In this document: piece by piece, positions 20,397 to 29,704 of the stretch
Position numbering within the stretch: the stretch's first letter is position 1
Layout: each line of letters starts with the position of its first letter
IMG/VR virus record: IMGVR_UViG_3300043205_000005
Location: 2,532-66,531 of that record
Length of the DNA: 64,000 nt
DNA from: a virus
Lineage: Duplodnaviria > Caudoviricetes
Reading direction: 5' to 3' (one strand)
Made by a program: the position numbers and the translations under genes
The notes under the pieces: generated by a model
Databases searched by the model: none
Told to the model about the DNA's origin: nothing
Seen by the model: the letters and a program-made list of their open reading frames with translations, nothing else

Positions 20397-20609
20397 TCAG
20401 CGTCTACGTTCTCGATCACTGATTTCTCGCGCCGCATCCCGCACAACGTCGGTAGAAACCTCGGGGTGAAAGATCGCCATGAAGCCCTGAAAGGCTAGGG
20501 CCTCCGAACCAGCGCGACTGTGAAGAATCGCGCGAGCCGCGCGTACCCGTTCCATCTGCGACGTGCCCGGTAGTTTCTTGGCTAATGCAAATTCTGGTTT
20601 TTGTTTCAT
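20397..20609 (-). CDS. Hypothetical protein
   Basis: TGATG-coupled start inside the 44-bp repeat copy. Confidence 0.45.
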   Translation of the reverse strand: MKQKPEFALAKKLPGTSQMERVRAARAILHSRAGSEALAFQGFMAIFHPEVSTDVVRDAAREISDRERRR

Positions 20610-20649
20610 CACGCCACCTTCTCGCTGCTCTTTTCCATCCGCATCCGCT
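20606..20649. repeat. 44-bp direct repeat, copy 1
   Basis: TCATCACGCCACCTTCTCGCTGCTCTTTTCCATCCGCATCCGCT, identical to 20851-20894. Confidence 0.95.
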
Positions 20650-20857
20650 ACCAAACGCGCTTGATCTTGCCGTAAGGCGTTCCGTCGGATTGACAGTAGC
20701 CAATCCATTGGAGTACCCGAATGATCTCATCGCCTTCGATGCCGAGCATCCGGCAGGCTTTCACAGATCGCTTTGCGGCTGTATCGGAGCACTTATTGCG
20801 CTGGCTTTCGCGCATAAGCTCAATCATCGCGTCGGCCTTGTTTGCTATCGTCATCAC
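20648..20857 (-). CDS. Hypothetical 69-aa protein between the direct repeats
   Basis: ORF exactly spans the interval between the two 44-bp copies. Confidence 0.55.
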   Translation of the reverse strand: MMTIANKADAMIELMRESQRNKCSDTAAKRSVKACRMLGIEGDEIIRVLQWIGYCQSDGTPYGKIKRVW

Positions 20858-20894
20858 GCCACCTTCTCGCTGCTCTTTTCCATCCGCATCCGCT
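20851..20894. repeat. 44-bp direct repeat, copy 2 (3' end of recombinase gene)
   Basis: Identical to 20606-20649. Confidence 0.95.
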
Positions 20895-21876
20895 GCACGG
20901 TATGGGTGTTCTCCCGGCTGGCGCGGCTGTAGTCCATGGTCTGTGAAACGTCGGAATGGGTTGCGGCGTCGCGAACGTGTGCAGCTTGGGCACCCATGGT
21001 GATGGCCTCACTGATTGCACCGGCCCGCGCATCGCGGTTCTGCACGTTCAATGGCACGCCGCACTCGGTCGCGATGATCCGCCATTCCTCGCGGAAGTCG
21101 TCGGCCTTGTAGGGGAATCCGGTATATTCATCGATGATGACGGGGCCGCTCGCCGGCAACACATCGCGGCGAACAATGATCTTATCGTCGCGACGTTCAA
21201 TGCAGCCCGGCCATTGATGTTCCAGTTCAGCCATAACTAGCGGCGCCAATTTCAGGTCCGGTTCACTCAGTTTCTTGCGCTTGCTAGTCACATGGTGAAC
21301 AACAAGGTCCGCACCGATTTCTTCCCAGCGCAGCCCCTTGAGCCACTTCATCGGCCCTTTTCGCGGGTGCATCGAACAAACGTCTGACAATCCCGGCTCG
21401 CCAATCGGCAGCCATTCTCCGATTGTATCTTTTTGCCGCCAAGTGCAATCAAACGCGATGGCCTGTGCGAGCCCGATCATCGGTAGGCGCTGGCGCGCGG
21501 CATTGCAAATCGCGGTCGCTTGCTCGCGCGTAATGTGGACCGTCCGCGGCTTGCCATTGGCGAAGCGGCCTTTGCTCAGCAACAGCCCGAGGCGCTGGCA
21601 GGCTTCGTCATCGAGCGCGAAGAAACCGAAGTTGGCGAGCGTGCGCAGCATCCCGACCAAGGCGTGGCCCATGGAGACCTTCCGGCCGCCGTCGCTCCAT
21701 TGCTGATGCCACTCGTAGATCGTGCGGCCCTTGATGGCCGACACGTCCACGTCGCCGTGGTCGCGCTCGATCTGCGCCATGAGCCGGACGTAGTATCGCC
21801 GCGTGCAGTATTCGAGCTTGGCGAAGTTCGACACCGGGTCGGTGCGGTAGGATTCCATCAATGCGGAGAGGTTCAT
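20854..21876 (-). CDS. Tyrosine recombinase / integrase
   Basis: WRQKD (R), TSKR (K), NRDAR (HxxR-like), THS (H/W), MDYSR (Y); N-terminal core-binding-like domain. Confidence 0.75.
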   Translation of the reverse strand: MNLSALMESYRTDPVSNFAKLEYCTRRYYVRLMAQIERDHGDVDVSAIKGRTIYEWHQQWSDGGRKVSMGHALVGMLRTLANFGFFALDDEACQRLGLLLSKGRFANGKPRTVHITREQATAICNAARQRLPMIGLAQAIAFDCTWRQKDTIGEWLPIGEPGLSDVCSMHPRKGPMKWLKGLRWEEIGADLVVHHVTSKRKKLSEPDLKLAPLVMAELEHQWPGCIERRDDKIIVRRDVLPASGPVIIDEYTGFPYKADDFREEWRIIATECGVPLNVQNRDARAGAISEAITMGAQAAHVRDAATHSDVSQTMDYSRASRENTHTVQRMRMEKSSEKVA

Positions 21877-22058
21877 GACTCAGCACTCGTTCGGACGTTG
21901 AGAAGCTCTTGCAGCTTGTGGGCGATGTTGTCGGGGACTTTCAGTTCCCCGAGCGCCCAGCGCCGTGACGTGCGCTCGTTGACGTTGAATAGACGTGCCG
22001 CGCCACGTTGCGACAATTCGAGTTTTGCGAGCGTTGCGCGGAATTTCTTGGCGGTCAT
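21873..22058 (-). CDS. HTH DNA-binding protein (regulator or directionality factor)
   Basis: LSQRGAARLFNVNERTSRRW; coupled to the recombinase gene. Confidence 0.7.
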   Translation of the reverse strand: MTAKKFRATLAKLELSQRGAARLFNVNERTSRRWALGELKVPDNIAHKLQELLNVRTSAES

Positions 22059-22060
22059 GT

Positions 22061-22975
22061 TCAATCCCCCGAAAACGCGCGCTTGTAGGTATTCCATTCA
22101 GGGTAGGATTTGCCACCCGTATTGCGGCCATTGTCAGCGGCCTCGTTGGCTTCATCCTCAGTGCGCGGGCGCCCAATACGGTAATAGGGAACGGCTTCAA
22201 TCGGCTCGCCTTTGAGCGCGAGTACCGTCTGATAAGCGAGGCAGCCCGTAAATTGACGATTTGGATGTCTACCCATGAGACAGGCGCGCGTCGAACAGAA
22301 GCCGTAGTCGAAAAAGCTGCATTCCTGCTTTTGTTCGGCAATAATTTCATCGCGGGTGCGGATTTTGCCGGGCATGGCTCAAGCCCTTCGCGACGGCGGC
22401 AGGTAAGCTGCCGGTTTTTGATCAAGCGGGCGAGCATCGCCGGTCGATTTTTGAGGTTTCCTCATCGCCTGCTTTCGTTCCTGACGACGCAACCTTTCCA
22501 TGTAGAGGCCATGTTCGTTAAGATCGAAAATTCCATTGTCGGGCGGTGCCATGCGCCCGATGTAGCTCATCATCCACTCTATGATCCTGTCGGCGCGCTC
22601 AAGGGCAACGCGGTGGGTTGTTTTGGTCATAACTCAATAGTCCACGTTGCAATAAGGCTCTTCGACGGGGTGCTGAGCGATAAACCGCACCGCCCGAACA
22701 ATCGCCTTGCGAGCGCCGCCGCAAGAAAACATCACGTTTTTGCAGCAACCATCCTTATCGAGCCGGCGTTTGAAGGTGACCGAGATATAGGTGCCCATTT
22801 CAACGTCATCGTACCCAACGTGAATCTGGTAATCGTCGGTTTCGGCCTTGAAAAGCTCTTGGTAGATGTCGCCATGATTGGCACGGAAGCGGCGGGCTTC
22901 CTGCTCGCCTTCGCGGTAAGCGGCGATTTCGCGCTCATTGTAGCGGTCATAAATGCTGGTCATCTGTCTCTCCAT
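22061..22975 (-). other. Three small leftward hypothetical CDSs (22061-22375, 22379-22630, 22634-22975)
   Basis: Contiguous ORFs downstream of the 23005-23058 promoter. Confidence 0.5.
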
Positions 22976-23004
22976 CCGGGCCTGATTGCCCTTGACTTGA
23001 GGCT

Positions 23005-23058
23005 AAGGTACGCCCTAGGGCGGCAAAGTCAATAGCCCTAGGGCGCCCTATTATCACG
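23005..23058 (-). promoter_or_regulatory. Leftward sigma70-type promoter with two GCCCTAGGGC palindromes
   Basis: Minus strand TTGACT (23027-32)-N16-TACCTT (23005-10); CGCCCTAGGGCG 23011-22 and GCCCTAGGGC 23035-44. Confidence 0.6.
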
Positions 23059-23425
23059 AATTGTTACAGCCGGAAATGCCTGTTAAACCTCAGTTAGTCG
23101 CCGTAACTTGGCAGATATATTCCTCTGCTCGCGCGCCCCGGCGTACTTGCAAGATTTGCCGATAGCAAATCTTGATCGTGGTAATGGCATGGGTCGCTCG
23201 CCAATGGCCAAAAGCGTGGCGATCACCAATTAGCACCTGCGTTATGTCTAATAGGCAAAGACGATAATACGGTTTGAATCCATAGATTCGCCAGTATCGG
23301 AAATGCGGGTGTCGTACCAAATCCTCCCGAGGGCAGATTTGGAAATGGGGCCATCGATGCCAGAGCCATATGCCTAGTGGCGTCAAAGTTGTGGGGTTTC
23401 TGATAAGGTGCATTGGAAAGCCCTG

Positions 23426-24178
23426 TTAAGCAGAAGTATGTGGGGAACTGTTCGGAAATTCCCGCACCATCAGGTCGTTCGGTATCGGCGCCTTCGCGGT
23501 CATTTGTTTCATAAAAAACGATACGCCAGCCTTTGCGCAATCGTCGCGCATGTAGCGCGCCCAATCGGGGTGCATATAGCGCGGCTCGCGTCCACTCTCG
23601 CCACCAACGATTACCCAATCGGGAAATTGTTTCGGCCTTATGCGCTCCAACATCGGCTCGACGCTGGCAAAGGTGAAGCGCGCACCAAGCACGCGGCCTG
23701 CCTCAATCAGCTTTGGAAGATCGCGGTCCCATTCTTCTTGAGTGACCATCGTCGAGCCGATGGCGGCATTGTCAGGCAACGGGCTGTTGGCCGATAACGG
23801 GTCGCACATCTTGATCGCGTTGCCGATGCGCTTCGAGAGAATGAGATAAAGCAAGTGCGGCGTGGCTTGCATCGTGGTCTTTGCCTCCCGCCGCCAAATC
23901 GGATTTACCTCATTGTCCCAAAAATCGCCGAGCGAGAGACAGAATACGGTATCGATGCGTCCCGCAGCCGCAGCGGCTTTGTCCCAACGCAGTGGCATTT
24001 TCCAATTCTGCTCCGACGTTCGCGAGCGATCTTCCCCAGCTCCCCAGGTCACGCGACCGTAGCGCTGGTCCATCATGACCATGGCGTAGCAGCGATCACA
24101 CGCCGGGCCGACCTGAGTGCATCCAATCCATGGATTCCAGGTGTGGACAGTCCACTCTATTTTGCTGTTCTCGCCCAC
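23426..24178 (-). CDS. Phage Gp37/Gp68 (DUF5131) radical-SAM-like protein
   Basis: SKIEWTVHTWNPWIGCTQVGPACDRCYA; WVIVGGESG. Confidence 0.85.
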   Translation of the reverse strand: MGENSKIEWTVHTWNPWIGCTQVGPACDRCYAMVMMDQRYGRVTWGAGEDRSRTSEQNWKMPLRWDKAAAAAGRIDTVFCLSLGDFWDNEVNPIWRREAKTTMQATPHLLYLILSKRIGNAIKMCDPLSANSPLPDNAAIGSTMVTQEEWDRDLPKLIEAGRVLGARFTFASVEPMLERIRPKQFPDWVIVGGESGREPRYMHPDWARYMRDDCAKAGVSFFMKQMTAKAPIPNDLMVREFPNSSPHTSA

Positions 24179-24216
24179 GGTGTTTTTCTACCTCCAAAAC
24201 AGGCACATATCTGTCA

Positions 24217-24537
24217 TTACTCGGCTAGTTCACTCTGGCGTTTCGGTGCCAACATTTTCTTGAAGATCGCAATGTCGGTCTTACGCTCAGCAGCGAGCCT
24301 AAATCGCTGAGGGGCGTAGCCGCTTTCGCCGTAACGGCGCCCTATGTTCCCTTCAATTGGCCGCGTAATTTCGCAAAGCCACACGTTCGGCTGTCCAGCG
24401 TAGTCGCCGATGGCGCGCACCGTATAAATTGTGCCCTTCTTCAAGCCATTGAGTGACGCCCCGGCAACAATCGCCCAAGGCGCAAAGTTGCCCGTATCAT
24501 TTATGCAGACTATTTTTTGGCCGGCGCGAAAAGCCAT
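24217..24537 (-). CDS. Hypothetical SH3-like protein (paralog A2)
   Basis: FRAGQKIVCIND...RKTDIAIFKKML. Confidence 0.65.
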   Translation of the reverse strand: MAFRAGQKIVCINDTGNFAPWAIVAGASLNGLKKGTIYTVRAIGDYAGQPNVWLCEITRPIEGNIGRRYGESGYAPQRFRLAAERKTDIAIFKKMLAPKRQSELAE

Positions 24538-24573
24538 TTCATGTTCTCCGTGTTAATTCCGTATCAGCCGCCG

Positions 24574-24843
24574 TTAGCTCGGCTCGAAGTTGGATCGATA
24601 AAACCTGGACTCGCTGGCCGTTCTTTTCTTCGGCTTTTGAGCGGGCGTTCTGTGTCTTACAGGTGTCTCACAACGGTATAGGCCGTAGTGCGTATGGATG
24701 ACGCGCGTTGAGCATTGAAGCTCCCTAGCCACGTCCTTGGCCGGGCGACCATCAAAAAATCCCTTGCGGATGACTTCACGTTCGGCATCTGTAAAATGCT
24801 GTCCGTGATGTCGCTTGATTGACCAATCGTCACCTTGTGCCAT
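24574..24843 (-). CDS. HTH protein
   Basis: PAKDVARELQCSTRVIHTHY. Confidence 0.55.
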   Translation of the reverse strand: MAQGDDWSIKRHHGQHFTDAEREVIRKGFFDGRPAKDVARELQCSTRVIHTHYGLYRCETPVRHRTPAQKPKKRTASESRFYRSNFEPS

Positions 24844-24866
24844 TTCAGTTCCCGACTATCTTGTTG

Positions 24867-25196
24867 TTATTCGCCAAACTTTTCCATCAAAGCCTTGATT
24901 GCCTGTTTTTGTTTTTTCGTTGGCTCGCCCTTTGTCCATGCTCCTTGCATTCCGTCCGACGGGATTGAGCACTCGATAACATCGAAGTCCATTATCGTTT
25001 GGACTTTCTTCATGAACTTGCGCGCGTTCTCATGACTTGTGAACCGACATGGAAACCGCAGACCAGTTTTGCGGTGTGTTACATCCCAACGATCTTCGTA
25101 CCAGCCAGAAGCCGGCCGATGAATAAGGAAGGGTCCATATGCCGACCCTTTTAAGGTGGTCGTATTTCCGCCGCGTAGTGGCACCGTGATTTCCAT
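24867..25196 (-). CDS. Hypothetical protein
   Basis: ORF in the leftward run. Confidence 0.5.
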   Translation of the reverse strand: MEITVPLRGGNTTTLKGSAYGPFLIHRPASGWYEDRWDVTHRKTGLRFPCRFTSHENARKFMKKVQTIMDFDVIECSIPSDGMQGAWTKGEPTKKQKQAIKALMEKFGE

Positions 25197-25208
25197 CGTC
25201 GTTCCCTG

Positions 25209-25685
25209 CTAACCTGTCGAATGTCGTGACGCAATTGCGACTAAAACAACCGCGCGCATTGTAACCAAATTTCCGCGCGCCGCATAGAGTCTTTCTGCGA
25301 CCAAAAGCGGATTTAAGCCGAGCATATTCCAGAACGCGCGCTCCATCATATTGTGCTGGGCGTCTCGATCGGTCAGATGGCAGGCGCGGCAGAGCGGCAC
25401 TGCGAATTTGTCGGGCGGCGTCTTGCCGGTGCCGCTGCGCTTGTGGAAAGAGGCGCTGGCGAATCGGATGTGAGCGGCTTCGCCGCAGGGCTCCATGCCA
25501 CATTTCAGGCATGGCATTTCGCGAACCAATTTCAGATAGGTCTCGTCTCGTTCTCCTACCTCTTTCAGTTTTATTTTCTTTGTTGTGTTGAAGGCGCGTT
25601 TGAGTAATTCGCCGGGGTGCGAGTCTTTGGTGGGGATGCGTTGAGGGCGAGTGTTCATGGCTTTATCAGATAATGTTTGCGTCAC
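25209..25685 (-). CDS. DUF968/NinG-like HNH-type protein
   Basis: YLKLVREMPCLKCG..AAHIR..VPLCRACH..QH; GTG start inside a repeat element (alternative ATG at 25658). Confidence 0.65.
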   Translation of the reverse strand: MTQTLSDKAMNTRPQRIPTKDSHPGELLKRAFNTTKKIKLKEVGERDETYLKLVREMPCLKCGMEPCGEAAHIRFASASFHKRSGTGKTPPDKFAVPLCRACHLTDRDAQHNMMERAFWNMLGLNPLLVAERLYAARGNLVTMRAVVLVAIASRHSTG

Positions 25686-25721
25686 GCGAGTTTGTTAGTT
25701 GGCAACACCGGACTCGGTCAA
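25681..25721 (+). repeat. Bipartite element, long form
   Basis: GTCACGCGAG...ACCGGACTCGGTCAA; spacing 36. Confidence 0.9.
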
Positions 25722-26333
25722 CGACGGGCTTACCGGACGTTCCTTCGCAAAGTTCACGGCTGGCGCCGGGCAGCGGCCAAGTTCTTTCAGCTTGCGGAAA
25801 AGTTCAAGCGCAGATCGCGCGTCGCCGCCGGCAGAGTGGGCGCCGTGCTGTTCGATCTGAAAATATGCCATCGCCTCGGAGAGTTTCGGAAATTTGAAGC
25901 CCTTCCCGCTGGCCTTCGGAATCTGACAAATCTCAGTCAGGGCGCGCATGGTGCAGATATTCGGCGTGCGCTCGAAACGGTCATCCATGCCCGCGCGGCG
26001 CAGTTCGCCTCGCATGATTTTCGTATCGTATTGGCTGTTATGGCAGACGATGATCCGGCCACAATCCACAGCATCCGTATAGGCTTGCAGCACGTGCGCG
26101 ACCGGCAATCCCTTCTCCAACAAAAGTTCATTCGGAAGATGATTGATCGCGGCAACGTCGGGAGGCATCGTCCAGCCCTCTGGCTTGACTAGAAGATCGA
26201 TAACGCTTTCCTCTTTCAGGTCCGCGTCAACGAGGATCATCCCCAAGTGTGCGAGGCGCGGCTGGCCTTCGGCGTCGGCGGGTTTTGAGAAATCGAACAA
26301 CCCGGATGTTTCTGTGTCCACTATCGCGTACAT
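25695..26333 (-). CDS. DEDDh 3'-5' exonuclease (Pol III epsilon-like)
   Basis: VDTETSG, CHNSQYD, CTM, HSAGGDA. Confidence 0.85.
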   Translation of the reverse strand: MYAIVDTETSGLFDFSKPADAEGQPRLAHLGMILVDADLKEESVIDLLVKPEGWTMPPDVAAINHLPNELLLEKGLPVAHVLQAYTDAVDCGRIIVCHNSQYDTKIMRGELRRAGMDDRFERTPNICTMRALTEICQIPKASGKGFKFPKLSEAMAYFQIEQHGAHSAGGDARSALELFRKLKELGRCPAPAVNFAKERPVSPSLTESGVAN

Positions 26334-26493
26334 GGTCTATGCCTTCTCAGGTATCGGATGATTAAGCACAAGATCGTCAATCGCGGCTTGCTCAGTAGGA
26401 CCGTAGCCGGCGGCATCTTCGATACCGTCGTAATAAGCGCACCAATCGAATGCACGCGACGGGATCGGTGGGAAGATATTTTCCGTCACGATC

Positions 26494-27003
26494 TTAAGCA
26501 TCGTCTTGCCCGTAGGTTTTCTGATACACCGCGCGCAACAGATTGACGGCGTGGATCATGGCTTCCTCGTTCAACTCGACGGCGCCGCGGTCGATGATGT
26601 GGCCGAGGATGGCGCAGGTCCACATGCGCTCGCTGTCCTTCGGTGCCGTGGGACGATAGTAGCCGTTCTGCGGCGCTTGTGTTTTGGGCTGGGGCGCCGC
26701 CGTGGTCAGTGTCGCGCCATTGCGCTGAGGCTCCCGGATTTCCACACCCTCGGTGCGCCCCGCCGGCCGCTGCGTATAGTTGATAGGCTCAGCCTGCGGC
26801 ACAACGCGCTTGACCCCGATTATAGTCTTGAAGCCGTTGGGCGCCTCAGTGTACGCAATCTCATAGGTGTTATCGGCTTGGAAGTCGCGGATGCGATCTT
26901 CCTTCACGGGCCAAGTTGTTTTGTCGGCACATGCGATGAAGCCATACTGTTTGCCCTCTTTCGGCTTACCCACGTAAGTTACATCAACGGTTGCGGTTTC
27001 CAT
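26494..27003 (-). CDS. Hypothetical protein, possible OB-fold ssDNA-binding
   Basis: Beta-rich N-terminus, low-complexity linker; recombination-module context. Confidence 0.35.
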   Translation of the reverse strand: METATVDVTYVGKPKEGKQYGFIACADKTTWPVKEDRIRDFQADNTYEIAYTEAPNGFKTIIGVKRVVPQAEPINYTQRPAGRTEGVEIREPQRNGATLTTAAPQPKTQAPQNGYYRPTAPKDSERMWTCAILGHIIDRGAVELNEEAMIHAVNLLRAVYQKTYGQDDA

Positions 27004-27004
27004 G

Positions 27005-27904
27005 TCAGATGCTCCTGTCTTTCGTAGCTGTGATGCCGTCCGGCCACTCGCCGGTATTCTTGAAAAATGCCCGCGCGTCGGTTCGCAGACTGTCGGCGGT
27101 CCTCTCACTCAGACCCATTGCCGCGATAAGCAGGGCGGGATCATCGATAGTGAGAATGGTTTCCGACCGGGGGGCAAGAGCGCGTCCGCCGAATTGACTG
27201 GCGACGCGGACTTTGGTTTCACGTTCGGCGCGGTTCGCTGTACGATCCAGAACATTTGCGTCGCGCATTGCGGCTTTGGCGTCGATAACCATTCCGCCAA
27301 CGTCAACATCACATTCGCCAACGTCGGCGCGGGCGATACCCTCGTTCGCTTGGTCAATCAGTGCTTGCGCGACGCGGGCGGCTTCTTCGGCTTCAAGCCG
27401 TGCGGCCTCGGCAATCTCTTCCCGGCGCTTGCGCTCGGCTTTCTCGCCAGCGTTCCATCGATCAACGAGGATGCCGAGCAATCCCGGTAGTTTTTTGGTG
27501 CCCTCAATTTCTTGCCGCACCACGCGGTAAGGCTCATTGATGGCATCGGTTGCGGCATTAAGCGGAGCGACCTTTGCTAGTCTCTCGTCCTCAAGCACCG
27601 CAACTGTCCTGCGGGCGCTTTCGATCCAAACGCCGGCTTTCTGCAATTCTTCGGCGCCCTGGATCACGGGATTGTCGGCAATGTATGCTTTGAGTAGGGG
27701 GATGGAGTCCTTCGCGGATGTGATGGCCGATGTTTTGGCCATAACCGCGATGGCGTAAGCATTGACCGTTGCCGCGTCGGCCACGGGTTCGGGCGGATTG
27801 TTGTCGTTGCGCTCGACCTGTCGATCCGTAGCCGGGATGTACTTGTCGGCAATGCGCCGTGTCGTTTCCGCCGCAAGGCGCTGATGGTCTGTTCGATCAA
27901 GCAT
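27005..27904 (-). CDS. Coiled-coil phage protein (NNPP type)
   Basis: DNNPPEP followed by a long helical region. Confidence 0.5.
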   Translation of the reverse strand: MLDRTDHQRLAAETTRRIADKYIPATDRQVERNDNNPPEPVADAATVNAYAIAVMAKTSAITSAKDSIPLLKAYIADNPVIQGAEELQKAGVWIESARRTVAVLEDERLAKVAPLNAATDAINEPYRVVRQEIEGTKKLPGLLGILVDRWNAGEKAERKRREEIAEAARLEAEEAARVAQALIDQANEGIARADVGECDVDVGGMVIDAKAAMRDANVLDRTANRAERETKVRVASQFGGRALAPRSETILTIDDPALLIAAMGLSERTADSLRTDARAFFKNTGEWPDGITATKDRSI

Positions 27905-28385
27905 GGTGTTCCTCGTATTCGTCATCGGCATACGCGGCGTCCATCGCTTCCTCTTCGGCTTCGACGGCTTGTGCACAGCGTTCAAGTTCAAACAGTGCTT
28001 GCCCCTCGATACCGCCAAGGAATGGACCATCGAACACGCGCTTATCCAAAGTCTCAGCCGTGTTGGACTGTGCGACTTCGCCGATGATCTTTGCCAGCCT
28101 ATCGCCAAGTGCAGCCCAATTCCTGAGAAAGTCGGCGACGTTTCGAAACTGATCTTTCGACGGCGAAGGCGAGATATGGGGCACATACATTCTCGCGGCA
28201 GCCTGGACGACTTCACGATGCACGGTCGCAATCGGATTGTGCCGGCCATTGTTTGCTCGGCTGAGAACGTCGATCAAGGTCTGGCGGTCATTGCTCAATG
28301 GCTCGGTGATAACCGTGAAGTCGCCTCTGAGAGTGTCATCGCTCATTGTAAGCCCCTGTTGGTTTTTAGATACGATATGGGTCAC
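27897..28385 (-). CDS. Hypothetical protein
   Basis: GTG start in a repeat element or ATG a few codons downstream (MSDDTL). Confidence 0.5.
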   Translation of the reverse strand: MTHIVSKNQQGLTMSDDTLRGDFTVITEPLSNDRQTLIDVLSRANNGRHNPIATVHREVVQAAARMYVPHISPSPSKDQFRNVADFLRNWAALGDRLAKIIGEVAQSNTAETLDKRVFDGPFLGGIEGQALFELERCAQAVEAEEEAMDAAYADDEYEEHHA

Positions 28386-28413
28386 GGGTACTCTGTGGTT
28401 ACGGTGCGGTCAC
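28381..28413 (+). repeat. Bipartite element, short form
   Basis: GTCACGGGTACTCTGTGGTTACGGTGCGGTCAC; spacing 28. Confidence 0.75.
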
Positions 28414-28836
28414 CTGATTCCAATACCCATAAACACAGCGCGTGCCGCCGCGATCATCCTGATAGGTGTCGTGCAGCACACCGTCGATCACGGCGGCGTA
28501 GTGCTTGGAGAGAGAAAGAACGAGGCGTCCCGCTGGTAATTCCTCAGACCGCAGATGCACCTTGCATCCGCTGCCGATGGTCATGCACGGCGTCCAATTC
28601 CAGCCGAGTGATTTCATGAAGCGCCGCATGGTTGTGTGATGCACACCAGTTCGCGCGTGGCTTCTCTTGCGCCGACGATGCGACACGCGCTCGGTCTGGC
28701 ACAGTTCGTTGATGGCAGCGTACACCTGATCGTAGGGAAGGCCCGTCGCGATGGCGACGGCGCGCGTTCCACAATCGCCGGCAGCGCCTTTGAAGCCCGC
28801 TGCCTTCCGACCGCCATCGTCATATTTGAATTTCAT
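28399..28836 (-). CDS. Conserved-looking hypothetical phage protein (GDCGTRAVAIATG type)
   Basis: GDC..RA.AIA...Y motif and HY.AVIDG..HD; GGGAGAG RBS; bracketed by inverted elements. Confidence 0.6.
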   Translation of the reverse strand: MKFKYDDGGRKAAGFKGAAGDCGTRAVAIATGLPYDQVYAAINELCQTERVSHRRRKRSHARTGVHHTTMRRFMKSLGWNWTPCMTIGSGCKVHLRSEELPAGRLVLSLSKHYAAVIDGVLHDTYQDDRGGTRCVYGYWNQVTAP

Positions 28837-28856
28837 TTCACTCTCCCAAAGCCCGT

Positions 28857-28888
28857 GTGACTTTCCGTTTAGCGCGCGAACCCGTGAT
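28857..28888 (-). repeat. Bipartite element, degenerate variant
   Basis: GTGACTTTCCG...CCCGTGAT; spacing 27. Confidence 0.5.
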
Positions 28889-29123
28889 CCAGAATGACGC
28901 AAACCCCTTGCTCGTTGAGCCAGAACCAAACAATCACCCCGACGCTGATCGCCAAGAGAGAGGCTAGCGCCAAGACGATATGCTCGTAACTGCGTTCCAG
29001 TTGTTCCCTCCGAAGCTCCGCGCCTAACAGTTTAGCGTGGTTGAACATCGGATCGGAGTGATGTGCGATGGCAGCGGCGTTGAGGCCGGTTGTGTTGGTG
29101 ATTTTTGTTGGTTGGGAAAGCAT
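28869..29123 (-). CDS. Small membrane protein
   Basis: One TM segment. Confidence 0.45.
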   Translation of the reverse strand: MLSQPTKITNTTGLNAAAIAHHSDPMFNHAKLLGAELRREQLERSYEHIVLALASLLAISVGVIVWFWLNEQGVCVILDHGFAR

Positions 29124-29129
29124 GGCTGT

Positions 29130-29172
29130 CTCACGAGAGGTTGGAGTGTTCTTTGCTGCCGGACTCGGTCAC
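29130..29172 (+). repeat. Bipartite element, long form
   Basis: CTCACGAGAG...GCCGGACTCGGTCAC; spacing 38. Confidence 0.85.
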
Positions 29173-29173
29173 C

Positions 29174-29677
29174 TTATGCCGCGCGACCGCGACGCAGGTA
29201 TGAGTTAAAATCGGTCTCCCATTGTTCCTTGCTGGTAGCGGCTATCAACAGATGGTCCGCATTGAAGCGGCGAGCGGTGCTAACCAGTTCAAATTTCCAA
29301 GCATCGGCGCCCGTGTGCGCGATTTTGTAGGGGCTTCCGGCGGTCAAGTCTGCGTCGGCCTCGGCAACTGCAACGTCACAATCGCGAGGCGTAATGCTGA
29401 GTGTGGCGCCGCGACCCTGCCGCGCTAACTCGCGTTTGCCAGCATCAAGCGCAACGGCAAAATCTGTCGTGCGGCACAGGACCACGCGCTCGCCGTAATA
29501 GTATTCGAGAACGTAGTAGCGGCGATAATCATTCCAGCAAAGCGTGAGAGCGTGGCCGTTGTAGTCGGCGCTGCTCGCGGCCATCGCGTATCCCATGGAG
29601 CCGGTGGCCGCCGCATAGCGATTGATGGCGTCGATAAGAGAAAGCGGCTTGCCGAGAATGTAGAATTGAGCGGTCAT
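29174..29677 (-). CDS. Hypothetical protein (first leftward early gene)
   Basis: AGGGG RBS; directly downstream of the leftward promoter; no HTH or S24 motif. Confidence 0.6.
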   Translation of the reverse strand: MTAQFYILGKPLSLIDAINRYAAATGSMGYAMAASSADYNGHALTLCWNDYRRYYVLEYYYGERVVLCRTTDFAVALDAGKRELARQGRGATLSITPRDCDVAVAEADADLTAGSPYKIAHTGADAWKFELVSTARRFNADHLLIAATSKEQWETDFNSYLRRGRAA

Positions 29678-29704
29678 GTCCAGTCCCCTGTGTTCGATAA
29701 TGTG

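Noticed and set aside
21995-23035. Long antisense ORFs (e.g. 21995-23035 +, 43534-44574 -, 56011-57396 -)
   Set aside because: They overlap well-supported genes on the other strand and have the Arg/Ser-rich composition of shadow ORFs in GC-rich DNA.
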